Part shown: positions 16,666 to 29,725 of the stretch, in pieces | How positions within the stretch are numbered: the stretch's first letter is position 1 | Layout of the letters: every line of letters begins with the position of its first letter | NCBI GenBank assembly: GCA_964016885.1 | Contig: CAXHJY010000689.1 | Location: 1 to 64,000, forward strand | DNA: 64,000 nucleotides | Origin: Eledone cirrhosa | Lineage: Eukaryota | Direction: 5' to 3' | The notes under the pieces: model-generated | Database searches by the model: none | What the model was told of the DNA's origin: nothing | Seen by the model: the letters and a program-made list of their open reading frames with translations, nothing else | Position numbers and translations under genes: made by a program

Positions 16666-16880
16666 GAAGGAAATGTGGTAAGGAACCAGGTGGACCATAA
16701 CGCACCAAAGTACTCAATACTTAGGGTAGTAGAGTGGGTAATAGGAACGAGTAGGACCCCGACGGCTGAGCTCAAGCCGTTTCGACGGCTAATTCTGGAC
16801 TAAAATGATTTTTTTTTTTAGTCCAGAATTAGCCGTCGAAACGGCTTGAGCTCAGCCGTCGGGGTCCTACTCGTTCCTAT
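16661..16880. mobile_element. PLE-type end with a 65-bp-arm palindrome (16741-16880) carrying a hammerhead 3' half
   Basis: Perfect inverted arms containing GAAACGGCT-TGAGCTC-AGCCGTC. Same family at 36467-36597 and 52917-53095. Confidence 0.75.
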
Positions 16881-17500
16881 ATATATATATATATATATAG
16901 TACATACACATGGCAGGAACTATTTATTTGTTTAATATCTAATTTAGCCCCTCGGAAAAGTGATTTATTTCAACAGCCATAAAGCTATTAAGTATTATGT
17001 AAAGTTTGCTATGAAGCTAGTTCGCTTCTGCTAATCACTGCACACCTTCCATTTCGAATCGAACTAACACAAATCGAATGTTCGTGCACTTTATATATAT
17101 TACTGGATGCACATCAGCATTATTTATGCACGTTTGAATATGTAAGCGAGGTGAGATATGCATCAGTTAGTTACATCTTGCCTCGCTTAATTCTTTCTGT
17201 CAATACATGTCAATCGTTCAGACACCGTGTTCAAATAGATGCAAAGTTCTGTATCGTGCTCTCTTCCCCTATCTTTTCTCTATTATATTTTGTGTGCTGT
17301 TCTTTCTGTAATATTACTTATTCGTTCTCCATCTCTCACCCCACTCTCTGTCTATCTCTTTCTCGGTCTCTCTCCCCACCTCTCTCTGTTTTTCTCTTTC
17401 AGTCTCTCTCCACACATCTCTCCGTATATATCTCTCCCACTTCTCTCCTCCACTTCACTCCCCCACTTCTCTCTCCCAATTCTCTCGCCCCTCACTCTCA

Positions 17501-17570
<70 letters not shown>

Positions 17571-18459
17571 TGCTGTCTCTTGTGCTCTCCTTCTCTCTCT
17601 TCTCCTCTCTCCCTCCCGCCCACTCGTTCCCTCTCTCTTTCCTCTTCCCTCTCTCTCTTCTCCTTCTTTTTCTCTCACTCTCTCTCACTCTCTCCTCCTT
17701 CTCTTTCTCGCATTCTCTCCCTCACACAAACCCATTGAACCTAATCAGTGAAGCGTACGTTGTATTGTAATAAATGTTTACGCCCCAGTGCTATCAAACC
17801 TGTTGTGTTAAGACACAAAGAAGGAGCAAGCCGTGCACCACTAACTGAATGAACAGGTCATTTGGTGAGAGAGAAATATGTCTTCTGGCTTACCTCTCCT
17901 GCTCTTGTCATTAGTCAACCTCCGACTGGCGTTAATATATCTACTGCATCTTATTTCTTCTTCTTTTTCTTTTTCTTCTTCTTTTTCTTTCTTTTTTCTT
18001 TCTTTCTTTCTTCTTCTTCTTCATTTCTTTTTCTCTTTCATTTCTTTTTCATTTCTCTCCCTCCAATTCTTTTCTATCGTTTTTTAGTCTTTTCTTTTCT
18101 ATTTCATTCTTTTCTTCCATTCTCACCCCTTTCTCTCCTCTCTACTTTTTCAAGCCTCCTTTCCACATCCCCTCCGTCTCTTTCTTCTTTCCTTCATTTC
18201 TTCACTACTTGTTTTGTTTCCTTTCATTTCCTTCTTTTTTTCCATTATCTATTTTTACATATTTTTCACTTATTTCCCTTATTGTTCTATCCCACACCCA
18301 CTCCTATCCCCCTAGACCTTTTAGCAAGCCGCCCAAACATGTCTTGGAGAACGTGTTGCCACACGCATACACACACAATTGTAGGTACAAAGAAAAGAAA
18401 AGAATAATCAACATATAACGTGGAAGATGAGTATATACATTACCAGTTTGCTTTAACTC

Positions 18460-18509
18460 CACACTACCAGTGGTTTCAAGTCGAAGACATGTGTAAATCA
18501 TCAGCTGTA
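18460..18509 (-). ncRNA. Candidate hammerhead motif (imperfect stems I and II)
   Basis: UACAG-CUGAUGA-UUUACACAUGUCUUCGACUU-GAAACCACUGGUA-GUGUG. Confidence 0.45.
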
Positions 18510-18579
18510 CATGTTTACTAACAGAAAGATAAAAGGGGTAACAAAAAAAGTTAAATATGGGGACGGAATGACAAGATGA

Positions 18580-18690
18580 AAAACGTTGCGTCTCGCAGAC
18601 AAGATCGTGAGAGAATTACGACGAAGAACAGTCATAGAGAGCCGCTGCATCAGCCATTCTAACTCATGAAGTTCCTTTCTCCAAGTGAGA
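18580..18690 (-). mobile_element. CRE-type retrotransposon, extreme 3' coding fragment
   Basis: RKELHELEWLMQRLSMTVLRRNSLTILSARRN, homologous to the C-termini of the other two copies. Confidence 0.75.
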
Positions 18691-18859
18691 TACTCTTTTC
18701 CTAGTACATTTTACAATTTAATAAATGGATGAATGAATGAATATAAAATAATTAGAAAAAACGTTACAAATATTTAAAAACGGAAAAGGAAGGGAAAAAG
18801 CAAGTGCTTTAGAGCTACACAAAAATGGCAAGGGAAGGGGTGGGTGATGAGCTCTGGGC

Positions 18860-19245
18860 CTAGGGTGCAGTGGTGTTGGGTCTGCGTCTCGCGAACAAGA
18901 TCGCGAATGTATTTCCGCGGACAATGACCAGCGACACCCGCTGCAACAGCCACCCCCACCTCGTGAGGCTTCTTTCTCAGACGGGCTACTGACGTGCCGA
19001 TCTTGTGGAGGAGCTCGGCAGTACATGATCCAAGTATGCCTGAGGTCCCGACGGTGATCGTCGGTGCGAAGAGGAAGCGGCCCGGACAATCCCCAATATT
19101 TGTTTGTTTTCCTTTCTCTTGCATTGCGGACCGCAGAACCGCGGTTTGTGACCGAGGCGACTAAATTGGAGGCAGAGAACGTGTCACAACTTGTGGCGTC
19201 CCATATGAGGGATCTACCTCTTTCGAATGGGATAGGCAGAGAAAA
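18860..19245 (-). mobile_element. CRE-type retrotransposon endonuclease fragment
   Basis: PFERGRSLIWDATSCDTFSASNL...GSAVRNARERKTNKY / RFLFAP..VGTSGILG..AELLHKIG / WLLQRVSLVIVRGNTFAILFARRR. Confidence 0.85.
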
Positions 19246-19567
19246 AGTCCGGGGGGGGGGGCGAGGACAGTGGATGTTTGGACGGAGAGTGGCTAAAAGA
19301 TGAAACGATGATTCGAGTGTGAATATATACGTATGTGTATGTGGAATATTCAGCCACTGATATTATCTAATAGAAAATGGACTGTGCCAGGAATTCAAAG
19401 AGCAAGCTTTGTCACACACTGTGTCAGGCTGAATCTCACTGGGATACACGGATATACGTGTCTATAGAACACTCAATACAAGATGGCTTGTACCGGTAGT
19501 TCAAAGGACAAACTGTGTCACACACTGTGTTACGCTGAATCTCCCTGAGAATTATGTTAGTTTGGGA

Positions 19568-19701
19568 CAGTCTTGGGCAAACTGGGGCCCGGGAGCCATA
19601 TGTGGCCCGTTTGGATTTCTGAATGGCACGCTTAATTTCAAAATTGCTTTGAATTTTTTAGTAGTGCGGCCTACTGTTCAAAAAAAGGTTTCCCAAGCCT
19701 G
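19568..19701. mobile_element. hAT-type MITE nested in a SINE-like repeat (about 19400-19810)
   Basis: TIRs CAGTCTTGGGCAAACT / GGTTTCCCAAGCCTG, internal GGCCC motifs, and an 8-bp duplication GTTTGGGA / GTTTAGGA. Confidence 0.8.
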
Positions 19702-20071
19702 GTTTAGGATACACGTGTCTGTGGACTATTTATCCACTTACACGTTGATTTGACGGAAAGGCTGTCCCGTTGTCCAAGTAAATGGAACACTTGGTTTCGG
19801 AACTGACGGAGATTAAACACACACACACACATACATAAACGTGTGTGTTTATTACGTCTCACTTTTAAATACATCCTAAATAAGTTGAACTTGTACAATA
19901 TCGTCTGCTGTCTTCTATCACCTCCACCCCTAGCATCATCTCACTCCCACGTTACTACCTATCCTCCATTTCCTCTTTAGTATATTTCTTCCATCTTTCT
20001 TTTTCTCTTTTCATTCTACTCTCTCCTCTCTCACTAAGTTTTCATCTTTTTTTCTGTCTTTCTGTCTTTCT

Positions 20072-20075
20072 GCTG

Positions 20076-20117
<42 letters not shown>

Positions 20118-20480
20118 TCACCCCCACTACCGCCACCACCACTACCACCACCACCACCACCACCACCACTACAACCACCACCACCACCACCACCATCACC
20201 ACCACCACCACTACCATCACAATCCCCACCACCACCACCATCACCACCGTCACCACAACCACCACCACCACCACTGTCACCACCACCACCACCACCACTA
20301 CCACCACCACCACCACCACCACTACCACCACCATCACTACAACCACCACCACCACCACTACCACCACTATCACCACCACTACAACTACCATCACCACCAT
20401 CACAATCTCCATTACCACCACTACCACCACCACCACCGTCACATCAACCACCACGACCACCACCACTACCACCACTATCA
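20072..20480. repeat. (CTA)n/(CCA)n trinucleotide array; similar arrays at 23630-24140 and 26190-26640
   Basis: Direct reading. Confidence 0.95.
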
Positions 20481-21176
20481 ACCTTCTTAATCCAGGTCTT
20501 ACGTTTTTCCCCTTTCTGCCATTTTCTCGTTGTTTTTTTCCTTTTGTTGTTCCACATAATGCATCCGATTCTCTTTAGTTTATCCTTCTCTCCTCTCCTT
20601 CCTTCTTTCCTTCCTTTTTGTCTTCCTTCCTGTCTGAGTATCTCTACTTCTTCTCATCCTCCTTCTTTTTATTCTTCTTTTTTCTTCTTTTTTCTTCTTT
20701 TTTCTTCTTTTTTCTTCTTTTTTCTTCTTTTTTCTTCTTATTTTCTTCTTCTTTTTCTTATTTTCTTCTTCTTCTTCTTCTTCTTCTTCTTCTTCTTCTT
20801 CTTCTTCTTCTTCTTCTCCTACAATTCTCTTTTCTCTTTCATTTTCCTTCATTTCTCGACCCGTCAATTCTTTTCTATCGTTTTTTTAGTCTTTTCTCTT
20901 CTATTTCATTCTTTTCTCTTTCATTCTCACCTCTCTCTCTACTTTGTCTTGCCTCCTTTCTTCTTCTTCTTGTTCTTCTTGTTCTCGTCATTCATTTTTT
21001 CCTTCACTCTTCTCTTCCTCCCAATTTCCTTCTATTCCTTCTCACTTATATCTCACTCTTTCCTCTTCACCTCCTTCTAATTATGTTCTAGTTATTCTTT
21101 AACTCTCTCATCCCCCCCCTCCACGCCTTCCTCCCTCCAGCCACTTCTCTTTCTCCCTCCCTTCTTTTTCTCCCTC

Positions 21177-21237
<61 letters not shown>

Positions 21238-22251
21238 TCTCTTTCTCTATTTATTCAGACGTTATTTCTCTTCCTCTCCTCCCCTCACTACTCTCCTTTT
21301 CTCTCTTTCACTGTTTCTTCCTTAACTTTATACTTGCTCATCATCTCACACTATACCCATCTCTCTCTCCCTCTCTGAATGACTTCCCCATCTTCTTTCC
21401 TCCCACTCTCTCTCTCTTTCTGTCCTCCCTCCTCTCTTTTCCCCCTCACTGTCTTATTTCTTCGTCTTTTCTCCCCCTATCTGTTTTACCTACTCCTCCA
21501 CTTCTTCTCCCTCTCACTCTCCTTTATACTTCCACGTCATCTCACACTACACTAATCTTTCCTCCTCTCTCTCTCTCTATGTTTTACTTGCTCCTCTTCT
21601 ACCTATCTCCCTCTCTCCCCCCTCTCTCTCACTCACTACCTCACCTCCTCCTGCTGCCTGGATCCATCTATCGTCTGCTATAACATCAGTCACGTGCCAC
21701 GCCATGCCATTCCTCCAGTTTTCCTTCCATCAGTCTCTTCCATTCCAAATGTCTTTTGTAGCTTTGAAATGTTAACGGAGCAAGTCTTCGATTAGCTATT
21801 GATTTTTTTTTGTCTCGCTTGTTATTGTTGTTCTTTTTTCATTTTCATTTTTACCTTCGTTTATTTTTATTTTTTCCATTTATCTCGTGTATTCTTCCTT
21901 CGTTCGTCTCTTTCATCTCTTTCCTCTTTCATTATTCTTTCGTCTCTTTTTTTCTTTTCAATTTCGTCTCTTTCCTTTCCCGTTTTACATCTCTGTTTTC
22001 TTCATTATTTTATATCTTTCAGCAATTATTTCGTCTGTTTTATTTTCATTCTTTGCTCTGTTTTTCTTTCATTTATTCTTCATTGTTTTGTTTCGTTTCT
22101 ACTCTCTTCTTTTTTCTATTCTTCATTCTTTTGTCGGTTTCTTTCGTCTGTTTTCGTCTCCTTTCCCTCCATTCCTTCGTCTTTTTATTCTTTCTTTTAT
22201 CTCTTTTCTTCATTCTTTCTTTTTCATTTTGTCTAATTTGTCTACATTATT

Positions 22252-23002
22252 ATTGGCAGTATCGGTAGAGGGTTGGACACCATGCTTTCTAGCATAGTTA
22301 CTTCCCTTTATGGTCTGAGTTCAAATCCCGCCAAGGTTAACCTTGCCTTTCATCCTTACGGGGTCGATAAAATAAAGTACCAGTAGTGTACTGGGTCATT
22401 GTTGGCCTTGTGCCAAAAGTAGAAACAATTATTTCTTCGTGGATTGGCAGTATCAGTAGAGGGTCGGACATGCTTTCCAGCATAGTTACTTCCCTTTACG
22501 ATCTGATTTCAAATCCCGCCGAGGTTAACTTTGCCTTTCATCCTTACGGGGTCGATAAAATAAAGTACCAGTATTGTACTGGATAATTGCTGGTCTTGTG
22601 CCAAAAGTAGAAACAATTATTTCTTCCCTATTTCTTTCTTTCATCACATTTCCTTCTTTCATCATATTTATCTTGTCATTTCATCTTTTTCTCTATTCTT
22701 CCTATTTTCATTTTCCTTCTTCATATTTTTCGTCAGCTTTTTCTACCCTTTCGTTGCGTTTTAATCCTTCTCTTTCGTTAATCTTCTTTGCATTATTTAC
22801 TTTATCTCTAGGGTGGTGGATTGGCAGTAAGGGTAGAGTTACGTCCCTTTATGATCTGAGTTCAAATCCCGCCGAGGTTAACTTTGCCTTTCATCCTTAC
22901 GGGGTCGATAAAATAAAGTACCAGTAATGCACTGGGCTCGATTTAATCGACTTTCCCCTCCCCCAAAATTGCTGGCATTGTGCCTATATAAGAAACCATT
23001 AT
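22252..23002 (+). mobile_element. Three copies of tRNA-derived SINE family 1 (22252-22432, 22438-22622, 22812-23002)
   Basis: Shared TGGCAGTATCGGTAGAG (A box), GAGTTCAAATCCCGCC (B box), core TTTGCCTTTCATCCTTACGGGGTCGATAAAATAAAGTACCAG, and tail GGCCTTGTGCCAAAAGTAGAAACAATTAT. Confidence 0.9.
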
Positions 23003-23447
23003 TTACTTCATCTTTATTGCTTCGTCATTACCTTCTTATTTTTCTTATTTTCTCTTTCCTCTTTCCTATATTTTTATTACATTATCTTATTTCTTCTTTC
23101 TTATTTGTCTTTTTTACATCTTCTTAATCGCCTATTACCTATTTTCCCTCTTCATCAAATCTTTCTCATTTTCAACCTTCATTCTTTTTCTTTCTCACTC
23201 CACTCCTTTCTCTCGCAAGTATATCCACCCTTACTCCGTTTCCATTTATCTCTCCACCCGTCTTCGTTTCTCTCTTCCTGCCCTCTCTTCCTATCTCTCT
23301 TTCTCTCTTAAGCTTCTACGTCTCTAGTCTTCAATGCCTCTCTCATATTCTTTCTTTTTTCCTATATTTCTCTCTTACATCTCAACTTCTCCCTCCACCC
23401 CCTCTCTCTCTCGCTCGCTCTCCCTCTCTCCCTCTCTCTCCCTCTTT

Positions 23448-23495
<48 letters not shown>

Positions 23496-24285
23496 CCCAT
23501 ATATCCACATACACCCAACCACATCGAACCCTGATTAAGTTAGCCAAATCTTTATCGTTTCTCTTGTAAGGAATTTGTTCCAAACATTCTGAAGGAATTA
23601 TCGATAACTTTTGTTAATAATACAGATAAACACCACCACCATCGCCACCACCACTTTACTAACCAAACATCACTATCACTGCATCAAAGCCACCTCACTG
23701 CCAAATATCAACAAAACCCTCCACCACCACCACCACCACCATCACCTCCAAAATTGATAACATGACCCACTGTCACTACTACAATACCACCACCACCACC
23801 ACCACCACCACCACCACCACCACCACCAACCCTACTATAACCAACAGCTTTACTACCACCACTACCATCACCTACATTACAGTCTCCAACACCTGCACTA
23901 TCATCACCATCATCATAAACACCACCATCACGACCAGCACCACCACTACCAACAGAATCAACACAACCCCCAACTACTACCACCACCATGATCACCAACA
24001 ATACTAACAATTCCAACATCAATACTGACACCACTGTTCCACCATCACCAGCACTACCATCCATACCAGCACCACCCCATCCATCATTGTCCCCCACCCA
24101 GACTATCAACTGTGGCAGTACCACGACCATTACCACAGCACTACTTTTACGACCAGAACAGTGGCTTGTATTATTAACCTTTTCACCAGCAATATCGTGA
24201 TACCAACCAACAAACCATCCATCAACCTGGCGGTGTTCTCCATAATATAATAGAATACAGTATACTAAGCCAATACATTATACTG

Positions 24286-24358
<73 letters not shown>

Positions 24359-25220
24359 ATAACATCCCAGGTTCGATCCCACTGCATCGAATTTTAGGCA
24401 AGTGTCATTTACCATAGTCTCGGGTCTACCTATTTCTTGTAAGTCTACTGGGTATAGGGAAACTGTTTCAAAGTTCGTCGGATGGATTGTACCTATAATT
24501 CAATGGGTTACTTGTGTCACGCTGAATCTCCCTGAGGATTTAGTTAATAGCACACGTGTCTGTGGAATGGTCAGACCCTGCAAGTACAATTTCATGAGCA
24601 GGCAATTCAGTTGATCGAAGAACTGGAAAGATCACCACCAAAACCGATGGTGTTCCATTCCAGAATCTACCGAGTCTGTATGTGATACAGACTACATACA
24701 CAAACACTACATTGTCTGCATCTATATTGTCTTGCTCAAATACACAGCACTCGTGACCTTTTCATGAGCCGAACACCTTTACCAGGAAGACACAAACACA
24801 TTTTGGTTTCACGTTCTACGTTCAAATTCTGTGATCGGAAAAGTAAAGTATCAACTTTGCCCTTCTCCCACATTTGCTGGCTTAATTTAGGAATCAATAT
24901 TATCTTTCATCTTTCAGGGTTCGATAAAATAAAGTACCAGTCAAGTACTGGGATTGATTTCATCAACTTTGCTGTCCCAAATTTGTTAGCCTTGTGTCTA
25001 AATTAATAATCAATAGCAGACACACTACATACATCTATGTAAGTATGGACCCATAACTTCTGATGGAGTCGAAGTAGCGTCAGATTAATATATGGTGTTT
25101 CTTGGGCATTTTTATACCTGGCGGAGCCCATCTCCTCTCCAGGTTTGAACACATCAGATTCCTTCCCAAGAAGGTTAGAGAGCTACATACATACACACTG
25201 AAATATTACATGTATAATAT

Positions 25221-25496
25221 AATTGTATCTACTTTTGGAACAAGGCCAGCAAATATCCCAGTGTATTACTGGTGCTTTATTTTATCGACCCCGTAAGGAT
25301 GAAAGGCAAAGTTAACCTCGGTGGGATTTGAACTCAGACCGTAAAGGGCCTTAACTCTATGCTGCAAAGTATGGCGTCCGACCCTCCACCGATACTGACA
25401 AATGGTTTCTGATTACGCACCAGAATTTTGATGGGAGAGGAAAGTCGATTAAACCGACCTCAGTGCATTACTGGTGTTTTATTTTATCGCTCCCAT
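25221..25496 (-). mobile_element. SINE family 1, one full plus one partial copy
   Basis: Reverse complement of the same core and boxes. Confidence 0.85.
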
Positions 25497-25531
25497 GTGA
25501 TATACTCTATCAAATCAATATATATGTCTCA

Positions 25532-25835
25532 TATACACACCGCAATATAGTCAGTGTATAATATTCACTATACCAATCTACACTATATATACACTGTAAT
25601 ATACACTATACCAATCTACACTATATACATACCGCAATATAGTCAGTGTATAATATACACTATACCAATCTACACTGTATATACACACCGCAATATAGTC
25701 AGTGTATAATATACACTATACCAATCTACACTGTATATACACACCGCAATATAGTCAGTGTATAATATACACTATACCAATCTACACTATATATACACTG
25801 TAATATACACTATACCAATCTACACTATATACACA
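25532..25835. repeat. Minisatellite, 56-bp unit with shorter variants
   Basis: ATACACACCGCAATATAGTCAGTGTATAATATACACTATACCAATCTACACTGTAT recurs (for example 25681 and 25737). Confidence 0.9.
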
Positions 25836-26790
25836 TCACAATATTATCGTCTGCTGTTGACCTCAATATATATATTGTCTTATCAACATCTGACCTCTGT
25901 TATTACTGTTATAATAGCACATTCTACTGCCATTCTTTACACACCATGTTACCTTCTATCGTTTTTCTCTTCCCATTATTCTCCTCATTTTCTTTCCATT
26001 TTTCTTTCTCTTCTTGTATTTTTTATCTTTTATTCGTTGTTTTTCTTTAATTTTATTTTTAATAAAAAAAAAAAAAAGCATTTTTTTTTCTCTACAATAT
26101 TTTTGTTTTTTTGTTTTCAGTTTTTTTTTTTTTTTTGCAATTTTCTTGTTAGTTTCTTTCTTTCCTTCCTTCTCTCTTTCTGTTTCATCATCATGACCAT
26201 CTCCCAGATGATCTTCTTCACCACCACCACCAACATCACCAACATCACCACCACTACCATCACCATCACCACCACCACCAACATCACCAACACACCACCA
26301 CCATAATCGCCACAAACACCACCACTACCACAACTACAGACAATAACTCCATCATTCCACCACCACCACCACCACCACCACCACCACCACCACCATCACC
26401 ATCACTACCAACACCACCACAATCACCAGACAATAACTCCATCACTCCATCATTCCACTACCACCAGCCTCGCCGTAGCCCTCATAACGCCGACAATGAT
26501 CGCCAATACAATGATAATCATCAGCACCAACACCACCACCATCATGCCTACCACAATCATCATCACCAACACCACCGCCGCCATCACGCCAACCATAATC
26601 ACCAACATCGCCGCAACCAATAACAACAACAACACTATCATTACCAATGTTACTAATTTGATTGATTCTTGGCTTTTCAAAAGAAACTTGACCTCATTTA
26701 CCCTGCTATAAAGTATTGCTGGTGTCGCAGTAGAGATGTTGAAAACTCTCACATCAAAATATAGTATAGTTTGAATGAGGATATATATGT

Positions 26791-27635
26791 ATCCAATCCA
26801 ATCGAGGGCCTTCTCACCCCTGCTGGAGGAACACCGCCCTGCTTGACCTCCACTTTCTGTTTGGCTTTGGAATGACATGATTGACAAACGGTGACCCCCA
26901 CCTACAACCATCCAGGAATCTCTTTAAATGCCGTCGTCTCGGCGTATGTCTATACATCAACAATCATGTAGGATGTATATAAGGCCAAATATTTCATAAC
27001 ATCTTGATACGATCTAACTCAGTTATAATAGCTGTTCATACTTAAGTATAATTTCAATGATGTTCTGATAAAGGCAACCACCTTTGATCGACCTTTTGTA
27101 ATATGCATCAGTACATGGTTCAAACATTTATGTAATCAATATCAAGAGTCTCCAGAGATCCTTTGGCTGATCAGTAATATTGATCCAATTTCTCTGAGTA
27201 ACTGATACACATACCACATTTTGGTTGGGTAATCGATACATAGCTACTACCAGCTATTCTAAGTTATTGAATCTTAGAAGCATTCCCTTCTCTAGAATCC
27301 CATGATCAGGATGAGCGAAACCCCAGAGTCACTGGTTGGACCATGACCAGTATCCAAGAATGAATGACATCCAAAGTCATGATGTTTGATATATTGCCGC
27401 TCTGTGTGATTTCTACATTAACACCAGGCGTTACATGCGTGAGTCATAAAGATTCACCTTATTTGGTTCTCTGTTGCATAGAGATTCTCTTATAGAAGGG
27501 ATTGATCTGTAAACACTCCAACATATCTGGCTGACTGGTAGCAAACACCTCAATCCAATCCAATCTAGGGCCTTCTCAGTTCTGTTGATGGAACACTCCT
27601 TGGTTGACCTCCACCGCTTTCTGTTTCATTTTGGT
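26791..27635 (-). mobile_element. Two related ~80-bp ends with (ATTGG)n tails, probable LINE 3' termini
   Basis: 26791-26870 resembles 27553-27635; both begin ATCCAATCCAATC on the plus strand. Confidence 0.5.
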
Positions 27636-27869
27636 CATGTCATGAGTGTAGTTATACTCACCACACTTGGCCAATTGCGTGTTGGTGAGACTCGTTGGGG
27701 TGACTCTGAGTTCACCCACCTTTTTAACACCCCAACATAGCTGACTAAATCCCGCCGAGGTTAACTTTGCCTTTCAACCTTATGGGGTCGATAAAATAAA
27801 GCACCAGTGGTGCACTGGGGTAATTGCTGGCCTTGTGTCAAAAGTAGAAACAATTATAGCTGACTAAAT

Positions 27870-29090
27870 GGTGCATATATATCTTACCATACCTGGGTGA
27901 TGATAAACATCCCATTATAGCTGACGGGTGCATGTATACCTCACCTTACCTGGGTGACTGCCGAAAAGAAGTCTAGCATTATCTGAGTGATTGCTGCAAA
28001 AATGCATTATTTGAGTGGCTGCTACATTGATGCATCGACTTATCTGAATAATCTCTTCATTGACTTATATAGGTGGATCTAAATGGACATCTCGCCTGAT
28101 CTAGGTGATTCGTGCATTGTCACCTCGACTTATATGGCAGATTGTTGTATTGGCTCATCGCCTTATCTAGATAATTGCTACATATACACCTCGCCTTATC
28201 TGGATAATTGCCATATATACACCTCGCCTTATATGGATAATTGCTACATATACACCTCGCCTTATCTGGATAATTGCCATATATACACCTCGCCTTATCT
28301 GGATAATTACTATATATACACCTCGCCTTATCTGGATAATTACTATATATACACCTCGCCTTATCTGGATAATTGCTACATATACACCTCGCCTTATCTG
28401 GATAATTGCCATATATACACCTCGCCTTATCTGGATAATTGCCATATATACACCTCGCCTTATCTGGATAATTACTATATATACACCTCGCCTTATCTGG
28501 ATAATTGCCATATATACACCTCGCCTTATCTGGATAATTGCTATATATACACCTCGCCTTATCTGGATAATTGCCATATATACACCTCGCCTTATCTGGA
28601 CAATCGCTATAAATACATTTCGCCTTATCTTAATTGCTATATATATATACACCTCGCCTTATCTGGATAATTGCTATAAATACACCTCGCCTTATCTTAA
28701 TTGCTATTTATACACCTCGCAGTATCTGGATAATTGCTATATATACACCTCGCCTTATCTGGATAATTGCTATATATACACCTCGCCTTATCTGGATAAT
28801 TGCTATATATACACCTCGCAGTATCTGGGGTAATTGCTATTTATACACCTCGCAGTATCTGGATAATTGCTATATATTCACCTCGCCTTATCTGGATAAT
28901 TGCTATATATACACCTCGCCTTATCTAAATAATTGTTATATATACGCATTGCCTTATCTAATTAATTGTTATATATACACCACTCCTGGATGATTTATGC
29001 CTGACACCTCGACTTATCCGACTGATATCTATATCGATGCGTCGCCTTATATGGGTGATTGCTACAGTGACACCTCACCTTACCATAGTG
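27870..29090. repeat. 33-bp minisatellite (ATACACCTCGCCTTATCTGGATAATTGCTATAT), homogeneous core about 28160-28930 with decayed flanks
   Basis: Contiguous tandem units without spacers; produces the YTSPYLDNCYI repeat ORF. Confidence 0.95.
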
Positions 29091-29179
29091 CTTATTTTAG
29101 TGTGTACGTGTGGGTTTTAGATTGCTTAGAAGTGTGTGTATGTGTGTGTTTTAGTGTGTCTAAGCTGAGTGGAGATGTC

Positions 29180-29690
29180 TGATGGTGTGTATAAGTGTGT
29201 TTTAGAATGTGTATATATATAAATATATATATATGTGTGTGTGTTTTAGAATGTCTGATAGTGTGTATATATGTGTCTGATGTGTATAAGAATGTTTTAT
29301 AATGTGTATATATCTGAGTGTGTATGTTTTAGAATGTCTGGTAGTGTGTATATGTGTGTATTTTAGTGTCTGATGGTGTGTATAAGAATGTTTTATAATG
29401 TGTATATATCTGAGTGTGTATGTTTTAGAATGTCTGATAGTGTGTAGATGTGTGTATTTTAGTGTCTGATGGTGTGTATAAGAATGTTTTATAATGTGTA
29501 TATATCTGAGTGTGTATGTTTTAGAATGTCTGGTAGTGTGTATATATATGTATTTTAGTGTCTGATGGTGTGTATAAGAATGTTTTATAATGTGTATATA
29601 TCTGTGTGTGTATGTTTTAGAATGTCTGGTAGTGTGTATATATGTGTATTTTAGTGTCTGATGGTGTGTATAAGAATGTTTTATAATGTG

Positions 29691-29721
<31 letters not shown>

Positions 29722-29725
29722 TTCT
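29180..29725. repeat. 96-bp tandem repeat
   Basis: TGTGTATAAGAATGTTTTATAATG recurs at 29281, 29377, 29473, 29569 and 29665. Confidence 0.92.

Noticed and set aside
18540-19310. CpG-island promoter or first exon
   Set aside because: The CpG richness is explained by CRE-type retrotransposon coding fragments on the minus strand.
20011-26911. Poly-Val, poly-Thr and Phe/Ser-rich ORFs
   Set aside because: Derived from (CCA)n and CT-rich low-complexity DNA with no domain signal.
28083-28993. Possible CRISPR array
   Set aside because: The 33-bp units are contiguous with no unique spacers, there are no cas genes, and the context is eukaryotic.
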